Of a DNA stretch of 64,000 nucleotides, positions 1 through 9,191 are shown one piece after another (position 1 is the stretch's first letter; each line of letters starts with the position of its first letter). Below the pieces are notes generated by a model. The model was not told the DNA's origin. It saw only the letters and a program-made list of their open reading frames with translations, and ran no database searches. The stretch covers positions 10,742-74,741 of the forward strand of contig CAZYIX010000003.1 of the NCBI GenBank assembly GCA_964647665.1, written 5' to 3'. The position numbers were made by a program, and so were the translations under genes. This DNA is from an uncultured Candidatus Poseidoniales archaeon (GTDB lineage: Archaea > Thermoplasmatota > Poseidoniia > Poseidoniales > Thalassarchaeaceae).

Positions 1-1
1 C

Positions 2-763
2 GGCTACTACCCTGGCTGCGTGGACTATCTCGACGAGGAGATGGTATTCAGTCACGTAAATGAAGGCGAGATGAATCTCGGAGATTCGACTACCGCTGCA
101 TTCACTCTTTTCGAGGAAATGGACGTTGATGTAGCATATCTGGGTCGTGACTTCCTCAAGTGTTGTGGCCATGACCAGAAGTGGCAAGGCATGACCGAGG
201 TCTTTGAAAAGTTGAAGGCTTACAATCAGAAGAAGATTCTCGATAGTGGAATAGACACACTGGTCAGCAGTTGTGCCGAGTGCTTCCATACCTTCGCCCG
301 TGATTACGAACTTGATGGAATCAAGGTGATGCACACCACCGAATTCCTGCAGGAAAATGAATTCGATATGGAATTGAAGAGCGAAGAAGATGTGACCGTC
401 ACCTACCACGACCCATGTCGCCTCGGCAGACAGATGAACATCTACGAGGGTCCAAGAGACCTTGTCAAAGCGGTCGACGGAGTGGAGATGGTCGAGATGG
501 AGCACAACAAGGAAGATGCATTGTGCTGTGGTGTCTCCAGCATGATGTCCTGCAATGAGAACAGTCGTGGACTGCGGATACAGCGCTTCGATGAGGTCAG
601 GGCTACTGGAGCGGATATCATGCTGACTTCTTGCCCCAAGTGTGTCACGCACTTTGAATGCCTCAAGTTTGAGGGTGATCCTAGACATGACTTCGAAATT
701 CTGGATGTCGTCTCATTCTTGGCCCGTCAGGTCGAGGCAAAGACGAGGACTGCTGATGACTAG
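2..763 (+). CDS. Fe-S oxidoreductase fragment with two cysteine-rich CCG domains (HdrD/GlpC/HdrB-like); 5' end lies outside the window
   Basis: Frame is open from base 2 (GYYPGC...). Two CCG-type signatures (KCCGHD, ALCCGVSS) are each followed by SC(A/P)(E/K)C. TAG stop at 761-763. Confidence 0.7.
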   Translation, partial: GYYPGCVDYLDEEMVFSHVNEGEMNLGDSTTAAFTLFEEMDVDVAYLGRDFLKCCGHDQKWQGMTEVFEKLKAYNQKKILDSGIDTLVSSCAECFHTFARDYELDGIKVMHTTEFLQENEFDMELKSEEDVTVTYHDPCRLGRQMNIYEGPRDLVKAVDGVEMVEMEHNKEDALCCGVSSMMSCNENSRGLRIQRFDEVRATGADIMLTSCPKCVTHFECLKFEGDPRHDFEILDVVSFLARQVEAKTRTADD

Positions 764-1088
764 TCGGGAAGATATGGAGACGCGCCGTGCCGCGCAAGCC
801 TTGCGCATTCGTCTATCACTCAATGAGATGCGCACTGGTCAGCGTGAGAAAGTGAAAGGAGGCCCTGGGACTGTCGCCTTCGTCAAGGAGGAGTTGTGCA
901 TCGGCTGCGACCAATGTACCATCGTGTGCGATGACGATGCTATCGAATTGTATGACACACCACTTGCAAGCCCGATAATGAAGGTGGATGTTAATCGAAA
1001 GGCGAAGATTCTACGAGAACCATGCACAGGTTGCAGGCTTTGCGTTCTAGCCTGTCCAACTGATGCAATCATCATGATTGACAGGTGA
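756..1088 (+). CDS. 2x[4Fe-4S] ferredoxin-domain protein
   Basis: Cluster motifs CIGCDQCTIVCDDDAI and CTGCRLCVLACPTDAI. ATG at 756 overlaps the upstream stop (alternative ATG at 774). The ORF-track start at 642 overlaps the upstream gene and is unlikely. Confidence 0.6.
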   Translation: MTSREDMETRRAAQALRIRLSLNEMRTGQREKVKGGPGTVAFVKEELCIGCDQCTIVCDDDAIELYDTPLASPIMKVDVNRKAKILREPCTGCRLCVLACPTDAIIMIDR

Positions 1089-1128
1089 ACCAATACGTTG
1101 AAGCAAAGGGTACAGGGGTTGAGAAACA

Positions 1129-1437
1129 ATGAGTGAAGGGAAATCAGACCCGGTGCGCTTTGGAGCGGAATTCGGTCCCGAGAGTGTGACTGGAAGCACT
1201 ACTGGCGTCTCACTTTCAACATTCAAACGCCTGGTTTGGATTTCCAATATAGGTGGGCTGTGCCTACTCGCTGTAGCGCTTGAGATGATTATCGCGTACA
1301 AGATGTTCTGGTGGGGACTAGCCGCAGCTATTGCTGGAGTAATCGTTGCTCTATTCCCGTCAAATTACGAAATTGTAGGCATGGATGAAGTTCCTGATAT
1401 GGCCGAAGAGTCGATGGACTCGACCACCGAAGATTAG
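1129..1437 (+). CDS. small membrane protein (two predicted TM helices, acidic C-terminus), unknown function
   Basis: 102-aa ORF with hydrophobic stretches LVWISNIGGLCLLAVALEMII and WWGLAAAIAGVIVALF. It fits tightly between neighbouring genes. Confidence 0.4.
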   Translation: MSEGKSDPVRFGAEFGPESVTGSTTGVSLSTFKRLVWISNIGGLCLLAVALEMIIAYKMFWWGLAAAIAGVIVALFPSNYEIVGMDEVPDMAEESMDSTTED

Positions 1438-1439
1438 CC

Positions 1440-1895
1440 ATGGACCGACGTGCTGTCAATACTCCATTGGGTCGAATGGTGCTGACCGCCTCTGCGCAGG
1501 GCCTTACCCGCATCGAATGGTCGGACCAGCAAGTTCGACAGACTAGCAATCCTCATCTGGACGATGCAGTTGCATGGATTGTGGGCTACTTCTGTGGAGA
1601 TTTCCTGCCTACTCCAACTCTCGATGGAGAGCAACTAACTGAATTCCAGTTCAGAGTCTGTACTACTTTGATTGAGCACGCTCCTTACGGGAAAACCACG
1701 ACTTATCACGACCTGGCGCGCGCTGCAAAGGCACCCGATGCAAGCAGAGCTGTCGGCTCTGTGATGGCACGGCAACCTTGGCCACTATTGGTGCCATGTC
1801 ATCGTGTTTTGAAGTCGAACGGTGGGCTGGGAAATTATTCAGCAGCCGAAGGTGTAGTCACAAAAAAGTGGCTGCTGGAATATGAAAGTAAGTGA
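1440..1895 (+). CDS. ogt: methylated-DNA--protein-cysteine methyltransferase
   Basis: Active-site PCHRV motif (LLVPCHRVLKSNGGLGNYS) and upstream YGKTTTYHDLA...RAVG pattern typical of Ogt/MGMT. Confidence 0.85.
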   Translation: MDRRAVNTPLGRMVLTASAQGLTRIEWSDQQVRQTSNPHLDDAVAWIVGYFCGDFLPTPTLDGEQLTEFQFRVCTTLIEHAPYGKTTTYHDLARAAKAPDASRAVGSVMARQPWPLLVPCHRVLKSNGGLGNYSAAEGVVTKKWLLEYESK

Positions 1896-1899
1896 AAAC

Positions 1900-3105
1900 T
1901 CACATCACCGATTGCGCCTCGGCACCCATGCCCAACATGGCCAATTCAGCAACCAGCATATGCCAACTGGATATTCGCGAGGTGAAAGTTGCTTCTTCCA
2001 TATCACGATGAGCAATGAAAGTCGATGAAGGAGAGTTCAGATTGGACATCTCACCCTTCTTCGCATTGGCACGGTAGAACCAAGCCAGCGCCTTGCCATT
2101 TGCACAATATGCAACCGGCTCGACTACCATGTCATTCCATGACAGCGAAGAAGGGATGCCTTCCTGCAACAAGAAATCTTCAGCCGTCATTCCACCTTTG
2201 CCATAACTGAGGCGCTTCATCTTACGATTGGACAACTCAAGTAAATCCTGACCAGAGGTGATTTCAAGGATTCCAAGTCCATAGGTGCCTGCATCATTCT
2301 TGACGAAAAGTGTAGGCTGTCCGGTGATTCCATACTCGTCGTACTTTTCTTGTAGGTTCTTGAGGAACTCATCTACTTCTGCGGCAAGCAAAATCCGACA
2401 GGTGTCTTTCTCAAGGCACTTGTCTTCTGAAACAAACCAATCGGTGCCAAGCAGCCATGGATCGACGTCGAGTATTGCTGCAATCTCATCGATGAAAGGC
2501 TGCACTGCGCGGAAGTGGTCTGACTTACGCCTCCGGTGCCAACCCATCTCCACAGGCGGTAGAGTAGGTACTCCGAGGTCAGGTAACGCGGCTTCGGTCA
2601 AGTCATTGTTGAGCAGTACCAAATCGGGTGTAATTCCAGCCACATCAATACCATCTTCGATTATTGTCTCATGCAAACTCAGTGAGCCATGCAGCCCCTC
2701 AACGGAATCAATACCGTTCAGTTGAGGATTTCCCACGGTGATGGCAAAGCCTTGCTCACTTAGCAAACTCACCAATATCCTGAGATTCTCAACATATCCT
2801 GCATTTCGGGTATGTGATTCAGGGTAGATATGGATGTGGCGGATATCGCCATGCGCGAGTATAGCATCGGAAAGGTGCTCGCCCAATTGGTCGGCGTCGG
2901 AGGCATCAAGGTTGTTGAACCCAGCCGGATACTGATTGGCGTCCACTACAGCCACCTTCCAATTTGCATCTCGCACATCTACTGACCCGTACACTGGAAC
3001 TGCGATACTAGCGCGCTTTTCTGTGAACCAATCGGATATTTCCTGCTGATGAGAATCAATTCGTGATTGCAACTCAGAGAGTAAGTCCGGCCCTTTGTAT
3101 TCCAT
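1900..3105 (-). CDS. gshA: glutamate--cysteine ligase of the rare GshA (Acidithiobacillus ferrooxidans) type, Pfam GshA-like
   Basis: YGSVDVRDANWKVAVVDANQYPAGFNNL and IYPESHTRNAGYVENL match my recollection of the PF08886 signature ([33 protein letters not shown]..YLENV). The ATG at 3105 shares one base with the upstream TGA (GTG alternative at 3108). Confidence 0.6.
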   Translation of the reverse strand: MEYKGPDLLSELQSRIDSHQQEISDWFTEKRASIAVPVYGSVDVRDANWKVAVVDANQYPAGFNNLDASDADQLGEHLSDAILAHGDIRHIHIYPESHTRNAGYVENLRILVSLLSEQGFAITVGNPQLNGIDSVEGLHGSLSLHETIIEDGIDVAGITPDLVLLNNDLTEAALPDLGVPTLPPVEMGWHRRRKSDHFRAVQPFIDEIAAILDVDPWLLGTDWFVSEDKCLEKDTCRILLAAEVDEFLKNLQEKYDEYGITGQPTLFVKNDAGTYGLGILEITSGQDLLELSNRKMKRLSYGKGGMTAEDFLLQEGIPSSLSWNDMVVEPVAYCANGKALAWFYRANAKKGEMSNLNSPSSTFIAHRDMEEATFTSRISSWHMLVAELAMLGMGAEAQSVM

Positions 3106-4988
3106 CACTCAACATCCTCCAGAAGTGCCATTAGGTCTTTGCCGTAACGGCCAATGCCCCCGTCTACCAAATGAAGCGAGCGGAATAGTCGAAGTCCAAT
3201 TGAGATATCTGGCTGAGACTTCAACATCGGCTCAAGGGCTGGGATGTCGCCTGCGTATTCAACAGCGTGTCCTGAGAGTTCGTTCAGTAAATCATCGATC
3301 ATGGTAGGTGATGTCGCGCGACCAGCAGGCATCTTTGGTCGCTGCACGATGGATTTTGGCAAAGTGGTCAGGTTGGCTGCGGCGCGCAGTGCTATCTTCT
3401 CACGGGGTTGGTCCACCCTCAGATGAATGGGCAATCGGTGAGATGCTTCTCGATGTGAAGTCCCAAGGAAAGGCACTCGCACCTCCAATCCATGCGCCAT
3501 TGAGTGCCTATCGACTAGCCGTAGTTGGAAATTAGTCAACTGTCCGTGGTCCAATTCGTATTGCAGAGTAGTGCGCAGATCTGCGAATACATCGTCAGGT
3601 ATGTGGGATGAGCCGGTCCATGGTTGCGCTGGACCGGCGGGTCCAACATCTGCTCCTGCAAGCAATGCTTGTGCTGCGGGGTGGTCAACCGACTCCAATC
3701 GTGAGCGGATGAGATTTCGATGTTCAGCCAGATTCTGGTAGCGAGGGTATCCGCCGTGTAATTCATCTGCTCCTTGACCGCATAGTCCTACGGTCACGTC
3801 TTCTGCCATTCGCGCGAATAGCGGTTGGAAGAACAGCACTGTCAAATCTAGGTCTTCACCATACCATGACAGGTCGGGAAGGGCCTTCCAGAACGAATCT
3901 GCAGCCAAAATGTGTTGATGATGAGGAATGTCGAGGGTGCTTGCAACCTCCTCAGCAGCCAACCAGTCGGGGTTATCCTCGGATTCAGCCACCGTCCAGC
4001 ATTCTGGCAATGGTTTGTCAGCCATCTGTGACGCTTTGTGAGCGAGAGCGGCAACCATGCTGGAGTCAAGGCCACCCGAGAGCACTATTCCGACCGGAAC
4101 ATCGGACATCAAGCGGTCGGCAAGTGAGGAGGTGAGGCTAGCCAACAATTTCGATGCTTCAACCTCTGAATCCCAATGCGATGATGGTCGTACTTCTTCA
4201 CAGCTATATCTCGCGACACCAGTCAGCACGGCGCGGCCGTCCGAGTCGAATCGCCAAGTCTCGACCGTTCCGGGTCTGACCTGACCAACACCAGCAAACA
4301 ATGTCGTGTCATCCAATGAATATTCGAAGGCTAATCGTGCCACTAAGGCTGCTTCGTCGAGCATCGGAGTATACTCAGGGTGAGAGCAGAATGCCTTGGC
4401 CTCACTGGCGAATAACAAGGTGCCTGAGTCAGTTATAGTGCGCAGAAGTGGTTTGACACCCAGCGGGTCACGCGACAATACCAACTCCTGATTGCGAGCA
4501 TCCCATAGAGCGAAACCCCAAATGCCATCCAACCTCGATATCCAATCCACATGACGTTGTGCGGGATTTCTAGACTCTCCATGCCCTACGCTAGCACGGA
4601 CCCACCCTACCATGCTGGATGATTGCAGTGGCCGAGGTACTTCCAAAGCAGCGCCAATTGCGGCAGAATGTGCCGCCAAGATGGCTTCGGCATCTCCAGA
4701 AGTTCTCCAGGGGTAGGATGGCTGCTCAGTTCGAATCGAAGAAAAATTGTAGATTTCACCGTTCTGTATCAGGGTACAGCCATGGTCAGAATGAATCGGC
4801 TGGTTGGAGCCAACAATATCCACGATGGAAAGCCGGGAATGTCCAAAACCAATACTGACGTCATTTGTTACAGATGCTGACCACGAACGGCAGCCATCTG
4901 GACCTCGGTGAGAGAGACTGGCCGCCATAGCCGAAGCAATGCCGCCTGCATCCGACTCCAAGCCAAGTAGACCTGTGATACCACACAT
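3105..4988 (-). CDS. asnB: asparagine synthase-like glutamine amidotransferase (class II Ntn N-terminus plus PP-loop ATP pyrophosphatase)
   Basis: N-terminal MCGI nucleophile, GNGEIYN-like QNGEIYNF, and PP-loop LSGGLDSS. 627 aa. Confidence 0.85.
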   Translation of the reverse strand: MCGITGLLGLESDAGGIASAMAASLSHRGPDGCRSWSASVTNDVSIGFGHSRLSIVDIVGSNQPIHSDHGCTLIQNGEIYNFSSIRTEQPSYPWRTSGDAEAILAAHSAAIGAALEVPRPLQSSSMVGWVRASVGHGESRNPAQRHVDWISRLDGIWGFALWDARNQELVLSRDPLGVKPLLRTITDSGTLLFASEAKAFCSHPEYTPMLDEAALVARLAFEYSLDDTTLFAGVGQVRPGTVETWRFDSDGRAVLTGVARYSCEEVRPSSHWDSEVEASKLLASLTSSLADRLMSDVPVGIVLSGGLDSSMVAALAHKASQMADKPLPECWTVAESEDNPDWLAAEEVASTLDIPHHQHILAADSFWKALPDLSWYGEDLDLTVLFFQPLFARMAEDVTVGLCGQGADELHGGYPRYQNLAEHRNLIRSRLESVDHPAAQALLAGADVGPAGPAQPWTGSSHIPDDVFADLRTTLQYELDHGQLTNFQLRLVDRHSMAHGLEVRVPFLGTSHREASHRLPIHLRVDQPREKIALRAAANLTTLPKSIVQRPKMPAGRATSPTMIDDLLNELSGHAVEYAGDIPALEPMLKSQPDISIGLRLFRSLHLVDGGIGRYGKDLMALLEDVE

Positions 4989-5054
4989 CGGTGACGCCTT
5001 CTGCCCGGCTCATATCAACCCGAGGTCGCAAGGCCCTGAGACAAGAGTACTAAT

Positions 5055-5168
5055 TCACCAGTACATAACACCAATAATCAACAATGCAATCATAGATGCA
5101 ACATAGACGAAGACGTAGGTGCTCTGAGACGGTGCGTCATCGGTCAGCGGTCCTGAATCTTCATCCAT
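5055..5168 (-). CDS. possible 37-aa single-TM micro-protein (not in the ORF track)
   Basis: Hand translation gives MDEDSGPLTDDAPSQSTYVFVYVASMIALLIIGVMYW* in an otherwise empty 240-nt gap. There is no homology support. Confidence 0.2.
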   Translation of the reverse strand: MDEDSGPLTDDAPSQSTYVFVYVASMIALLIIGVMYW

Positions 5169-5231
5169 GGTGATGCTCACATGTAGGCACTTTGTAAATC
5201 TAGCGAGACACCTTGTTCACTGGATGCACAA

Positions 5232-5891
5232 TCAAAGGAAGGGCAACAGCAAGATAGTTGCAACAAGAGGTATCAGTAACATCGTGCCGTTGTCATCAAT
5301 CCACTTCAGTTTCGGCCACTCGGCTGCAACTGTCAGAGGTGGCATAATGAAACAAAGCCATAGAGGTGTGCCGACAAGATACCAACAGCAAATCCACACC
5401 GCGAACACGACTGCGGTTCCACCTAAGGCAACATGCTTGGCCTGCATACCTGCCCTGCGCATCTCACCCAATGCAGGGTCACCGAAAGCAAGAGAGGCTA
5501 TCAGTGGGTAGCCAAGCCAGCCGTGCGCGACACCTTGTGGATGATGGGGCTCGAGAACAATCATGGTGATTACTACCGAGATTACACCCCAAAATAGTGC
5601 GCTGACCTGATGAGCCTCGTATTCCCTTTGCCCAACTACCGTGATGCCATATTTGAGACGGAACGCTTCTACAGCAGCGTAAATCAGTCCGACTAATGCA
5701 GCAAATTGGGTAGCATTGTCTAGGTTTAGAATATCTGCAACTTGCTGTCCGTGCTCGTAGTATATCCAGGCAATCAGAGCGATGGCGAGATGAATTACTC
5801 TGCGGAACCAGTGGCCGTATGAACCGCCAACGCTGTGCTTGGTATGGTCTGGTTCATATTCGATTTCCGACATTGCATCAATCCCTGTCAT
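5232..5891 (-). CDS. polytopic integral membrane protein, unknown function
   Basis: 219-aa ORF with about 6 hydrophobic segments. It lies directly downstream of meaB on the same strand (alternative ATG at 5873 removes the overlap). Confidence 0.5.
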   Translation of the reverse strand: MTGIDAMSEIEYEPDHTKHSVGGSYGHWFRRVIHLAIALIAWIYYEHGQQVADILNLDNATQFAALVGLIYAAVEAFRLKYGITVVGQREYEAHQVSALFWGVISVVITMIVLEPHHPQGVAHGWLGYPLIASLAFGDPALGEMRRAGMQAKHVALGGTAVVFAVWICCWYLVGTPLWLCFIMPPLTVAAEWPKLKWIDDNGTMLLIPLVATILLLPFL

Positions 5892-6771
5892 CGAGTAGGT
5901 CTGAGATGACCTCCCTCACGTTGGCTTCGCCGGTCTCAACGGCCTTCAGTGCATCGGCCCAACCAGGGTGCAAAAGTAGTGATTCAGTCCAAGCAGCCAG
6001 CAACCGCTCGCGAGCTCGCGCACTCGCCGCACCGCGTGCGCTAGGTAATTCGGCGAGGGCTTCGACCAATTCCGAGATGCCGTCACCAGTGTGGGCGGAA
6101 CAGAGTATGACTGGCGCACCTTCGTCTGTCTCTGAGAGTTGCATTGCCATGCGTATCTCCTCGGCGGCTTTGTCAGCGCCATCTAGGTCGGATTTGTTGA
6201 CAGCAATCAGGTCAGCCAATTCCATCACTCCGGCTTTCTCAGCCTGCACCACATCTCCCCGGGCCGGTCCTTCGACCAACAATATGCGGTCAGCCACGGC
6301 AATTATGCGAACCTCGGATTGGCCGGCGCCGACCGTCTCAACGATAATGTGTGAATAGCCTGCAAAAACAAGTGCATCCAACATCCCATCTATGCGTGCC
6401 GGTAAACCGCCCGGAAGGTTACGAGTTGCTATAGAACGAAGATATACAGAATGGCCCTCGTCAACTGAAGACATACGCATCCGATCGCCAAGAAGCGCAC
6501 CACCACTGACTGGTGAGGATGGGTCAATTGCGAGAATAGCAACTTGTGCACCATCATCAACCCACGACTTGAGCAAGCGATCGACCAAGCAGGATTTGCC
6601 GACACCCGGTGCCCCGGTTACACCCAACACCTTCCATTGGGTGAGGGAATGTTCACGAATTGGAATGAATTCCGCGAGGTCCTCGCCTCGCTCGATTGCG
6701 CTCAACAACTTAGCAAGAGCAAGACGCTCACCTGTTGCCGCCTGTGCACACAACGACTCGAGAGTCGACAT
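5878..6771 (-). CDS. meaB: methylmalonyl-CoA mutase-associated G-protein chaperone (MeaB/ArgK)
   Basis: P-loop GVTGAPGVGKS, plus LAIDPSSPVSGGALLGDR and NKSD motifs typical of MeaB. Confidence 0.85.
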   Translation of the reverse strand: MSTLESLCAQAATGERLALAKLLSAIERGEDLAEFIPIREHSLTQWKVLGVTGAPGVGKSCLVDRLLKSWVDDGAQVAILAIDPSSPVSGGALLGDRMRMSSVDEGHSVYLRSIATRNLPGGLPARIDGMLDALVFAGYSHIIVETVGAGQSEVRIIAVADRILLVEGPARGDVVQAEKAGVMELADLIAVNKSDLDGADKAAEEIRMAMQLSETDEGAPVILCSAHTGDGISELVEALAELPSARGAASARARERLLAAWTESLLLHPGWADALKAVETGEANVREVISDLLDDRD

Positions 6772-6775
6772 TCAC

Positions 6776-7234
6776 TCACCTACTCGCTTCCCAGCGCCAC
6801 TCAGAATCTGAACCGACGCCGTCGCTCTCACCGTCTGAATTGCGGCGGATTATCTCATCGAGGAATCCTTGCATCTCACCCGAAGTAGTGCCCGGGCCGA
6901 AAATTGCCCGCATTCCTGAGCCGTACATCCCATCCCGTTCATCTTCGGGAATGATTCCACCACCGAATACGATGATATCCTCAAGCCCCGATTCTCGTAG
7001 AAGTTCGCAAACTCTTGGGAAAAGGTAACCATGTGCTCCAGAAAGGCTGGATAGCCCCAAAATCTGAGCATCCTCATCGGTGCAAATACGAACTATTTGC
7101 TCTGGAGTGCGCCGTAATCCGGTGTAAATCACCTCATGGCCAGAATCACGCAGAATCCTTGCTACGACCTTCGCACCACGGTCATGCCCGTCAAGACCGG
7201 GCTTGGCGATGACTATGCGTAGAGGGGTGTTCAC
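6776..7234 (-). CDS. methylmalonyl-CoA mutase, B12-binding small subunit/domain
   Basis: IAKPGLDGHDRGAKVVARILRDSGHEVIYTG contains the DxHxxG cobalamin-binding motif. 4 nt upstream of meaB. Confidence 0.85.
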   Translation of the reverse strand: MNTPLRIVIAKPGLDGHDRGAKVVARILRDSGHEVIYTGLRRTPEQIVRICTDEDAQILGLSSLSGAHGYLFPRVCELLRESGLEDIIVFGGGIIPEDERDGMYGSGMRAIFGPGTTSGEMQGFLDEIIRRNSDGESDGVGSDSEWRWEASR

Positions 7235-7318
7235 GCCTGTGGCAGCCGAAGGCTGACTTTCAACCCCACGCCCAACAGGCTGTAGAATGACCCCCTGTGG
7301 GGGCTATCTTCATGGGCG

Positions 7319-7344
7319 GGCCTCGCTCACGGGCAGGCGAGGCC
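7319..7344 (+). promoter_or_regulatory. perfect 8-bp GC hairpin ending 1 nt before the carboxyltransferase start codon
   Basis: GGCCTCGC (7319-7326) pairs with GCGAGGCC (7337-7344). A second hairpin CCCCC-TGT-GGGGG lies at 7291-7303. Confidence 0.3.
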
Positions 7345-7345
7345 G

Positions 7346-8899
7346 ATGAAGTCAGCAGACGAACGACTTGGGGACCTGCGCAAACGCAAGGCCCAGTCAG
7401 AGGCCGGTGGTGGCACCGATAGAGTGCAGGCACAGCACAGTCGAGGCAAGATGACTGCACGCGAGAGGTTGGAGGCTTTGCTCGATGATGGCTCCTTCCA
7501 AGAAGTCGATGCTCTAGTCGAACATCGCTGCAATGACTTCGGAATGGATCAAAATGTAATCCCCGGTGACGGAGTAGTCTGTGGATACGGTACAATCGAA
7601 GGTAGAACTGTGCACTGCTTCGCACAAGACTTCACAGTTTATGGCGGAAGTTTAGGTGAGATGCACGGCCTGAAGATATGCAAAATACTAGACATGGCCC
7701 TGAAGGCAGGCACACCAGTAATCGGCTTGAATGACAGTGGAGGCGCCCGCATTCAGGAGGGTGTTGCTAGCCTCGGCTCTTACGCTGAGATATTCTTCCG
7801 CAACGTCCGTGCCAGCGGAGTGATTCCACAAATCAGCGTCATTATGGGACCTTGTGCAGGCGGTGCGGTTTACAGTCCAGCTATTACCGACTTCATCGTC
7901 ATGGTCAACAAAACCGCACACATGTTCATCACCGGCCCTGAAGTAATCAAGACGGTGACCAACGAAGATGTGTCCTTTGAGGACTTAGGTGGAGCAATGA
8001 CACACGCCAGCAAGTCCGGAGTCACACATTTCACTACTGATGATGATGAAGGGGCTGTCGACCTTGTGAGGGAATTAGTCACCCTGCTACCATCGAATAA
8101 CCTGTCTGAACTGCCGCGCAGAACTACTGCTGATTCAGCCGACAGAGACTGTGTCGCACTTGCTGAAGTGATTCCAGAAGATTCGTCTAAACCCTACGAT
8201 GTTGTAGATGTGATTTCTGGTGTGGTCGATGATGGGGCATTTCTCGAAGTGCAGGCCGACTATGCACAGAATATCGTGGTCGGTTTTGCTAGGCTTGATG
8301 GACATACTATCGGAGTGGTTGGCAATCAGCCGAAGGTACTGGCTGGCTGCCTCGATATCGATGCCAGCACCAAGGCTGCTCGATTTGTCAGGTTCTGTGA
8401 TGCATTCAATATCCCACTGCTGACCCTCGTCGATGTCCCGGGATTCCTCCCCGGAGCAAGTCAGGAGTGGGGTGGCATCATCAGGCACGGTGCCAAGTTG
8501 CTCTATGCATATTCTGAGGCGACTGTGCCAAAGATGACTCTGATTCTACGCAAGGCATACGGCGGCGCATACGACGTGATGTGTTCTAAACACGTGCGCT
8601 CGGACTACAACATTGCCTGGCCGAGTGCGGAACTTGCGGTCATGGGTGCGGACGGAGCAGTGCAAATCATCCATCGTAGACGTATCGAGAATGCAGGTAA
8701 TCCCGAAGAAGAGCGGCAGCGGCTAGTCGATGAATACACCGACCGCTTCGCCAATCCATACCAAGCTGCAGCAATGGGTTACATCGATGATGTCATCGAG
8801 CCGATTGAGACGCGTCGAAAACTCTGCCTCGCTCTTGGCATGCTGCTTGACAAACAAGAGATGCGCCCCTCGAAGAAACACGGGAATATCCCGCTGTGA
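7346..8899 (+). CDS. pccB: propionyl-CoA carboxylase beta chain / methylmalonyl-CoA carboxyltransferase
   Basis: [19 protein letters not shown]-terminus, and full-length carboxyltransferase pattern ([34 protein letters not shown]). Confidence 0.9.
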   Translation: MKSADERLGDLRKRKAQSEAGGGTDRVQAQHSRGKMTARERLEALLDDGSFQEVDALVEHRCNDFGMDQNVIPGDGVVCGYGTIEGRTVHCFAQDFTVYGGSLGEMHGLKICKILDMALKAGTPVIGLNDSGGARIQEGVASLGSYAEIFFRNVRASGVIPQISVIMGPCAGGAVYSPAITDFIVMVNKTAHMFITGPEVIKTVTNEDVSFEDLGGAMTHASKSGVTHFTTDDDEGAVDLVRELVTLLPSNNLSELPRRTTADSADRDCVALAEVIPEDSSKPYDVVDVISGVVDDGAFLEVQADYAQNIVVGFARLDGHTIGVVGNQPKVLAGCLDIDASTKAARFVRFCDAFNIPLLTLVDVPGFLPGASQEWGGIIRHGAKLLYAYSEATVPKMTLILRKAYGGAYDVMCSKHVRSDYNIAWPSAELAVMGADGAVQIIHRRRIENAGNPEEERQRLVDEYTDRFANPYQAAAMGYIDDVIEPIETRRKLCLALGMLLDKQEMRPSKKHGNIPL

Positions 8900-8905
8900 G
8901 GTGAT

Positions 8906-9187
8906 ATGTTGGGAAAAAATACCTATTCACAACGTCTGAGCGGGGTTCTAAATGCCGCTATGGATGCGCCGATTGTCGAATCTGATTCAACTGCAACTAG
9001 CGATGAATCTGCTGATGTGTTGCGGCTAGCAGCCACCATGGCTGTACTCTCAATTATCGAATCCCATTCTGACACCTCACGAATAGGGCGTAATTCAGGT
9101 AGTTCATGGTCGATGGACCATCGCCGTGTGCAAATGGGAAAATCAGACCTGATGACAGCCCGAAGCAGGCGAGCGATTTGGCGGTGA
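8906..9187 (+). CDS. small hypothetical protein between the carboxyltransferase and biotin carrier genes (possible accessory subunit)
   Basis: 93-aa ORF tightly packed in the operon. The W/R-rich C-terminus (SWSMDHRR...RRAIWR) is loosely reminiscent of acyl-CoA carboxylase epsilon subunits. No firm motif. Confidence 0.35.
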   Translation: MLGKNTYSQRLSGVLNAAMDAPIVESDSTATSDESADVLRLAATMAVLSIIESHSDTSRIGRNSGSSWSMDHRRVQMGKSDLMTARSRRAIWR

Positions 9188-9191
9188 TTGG

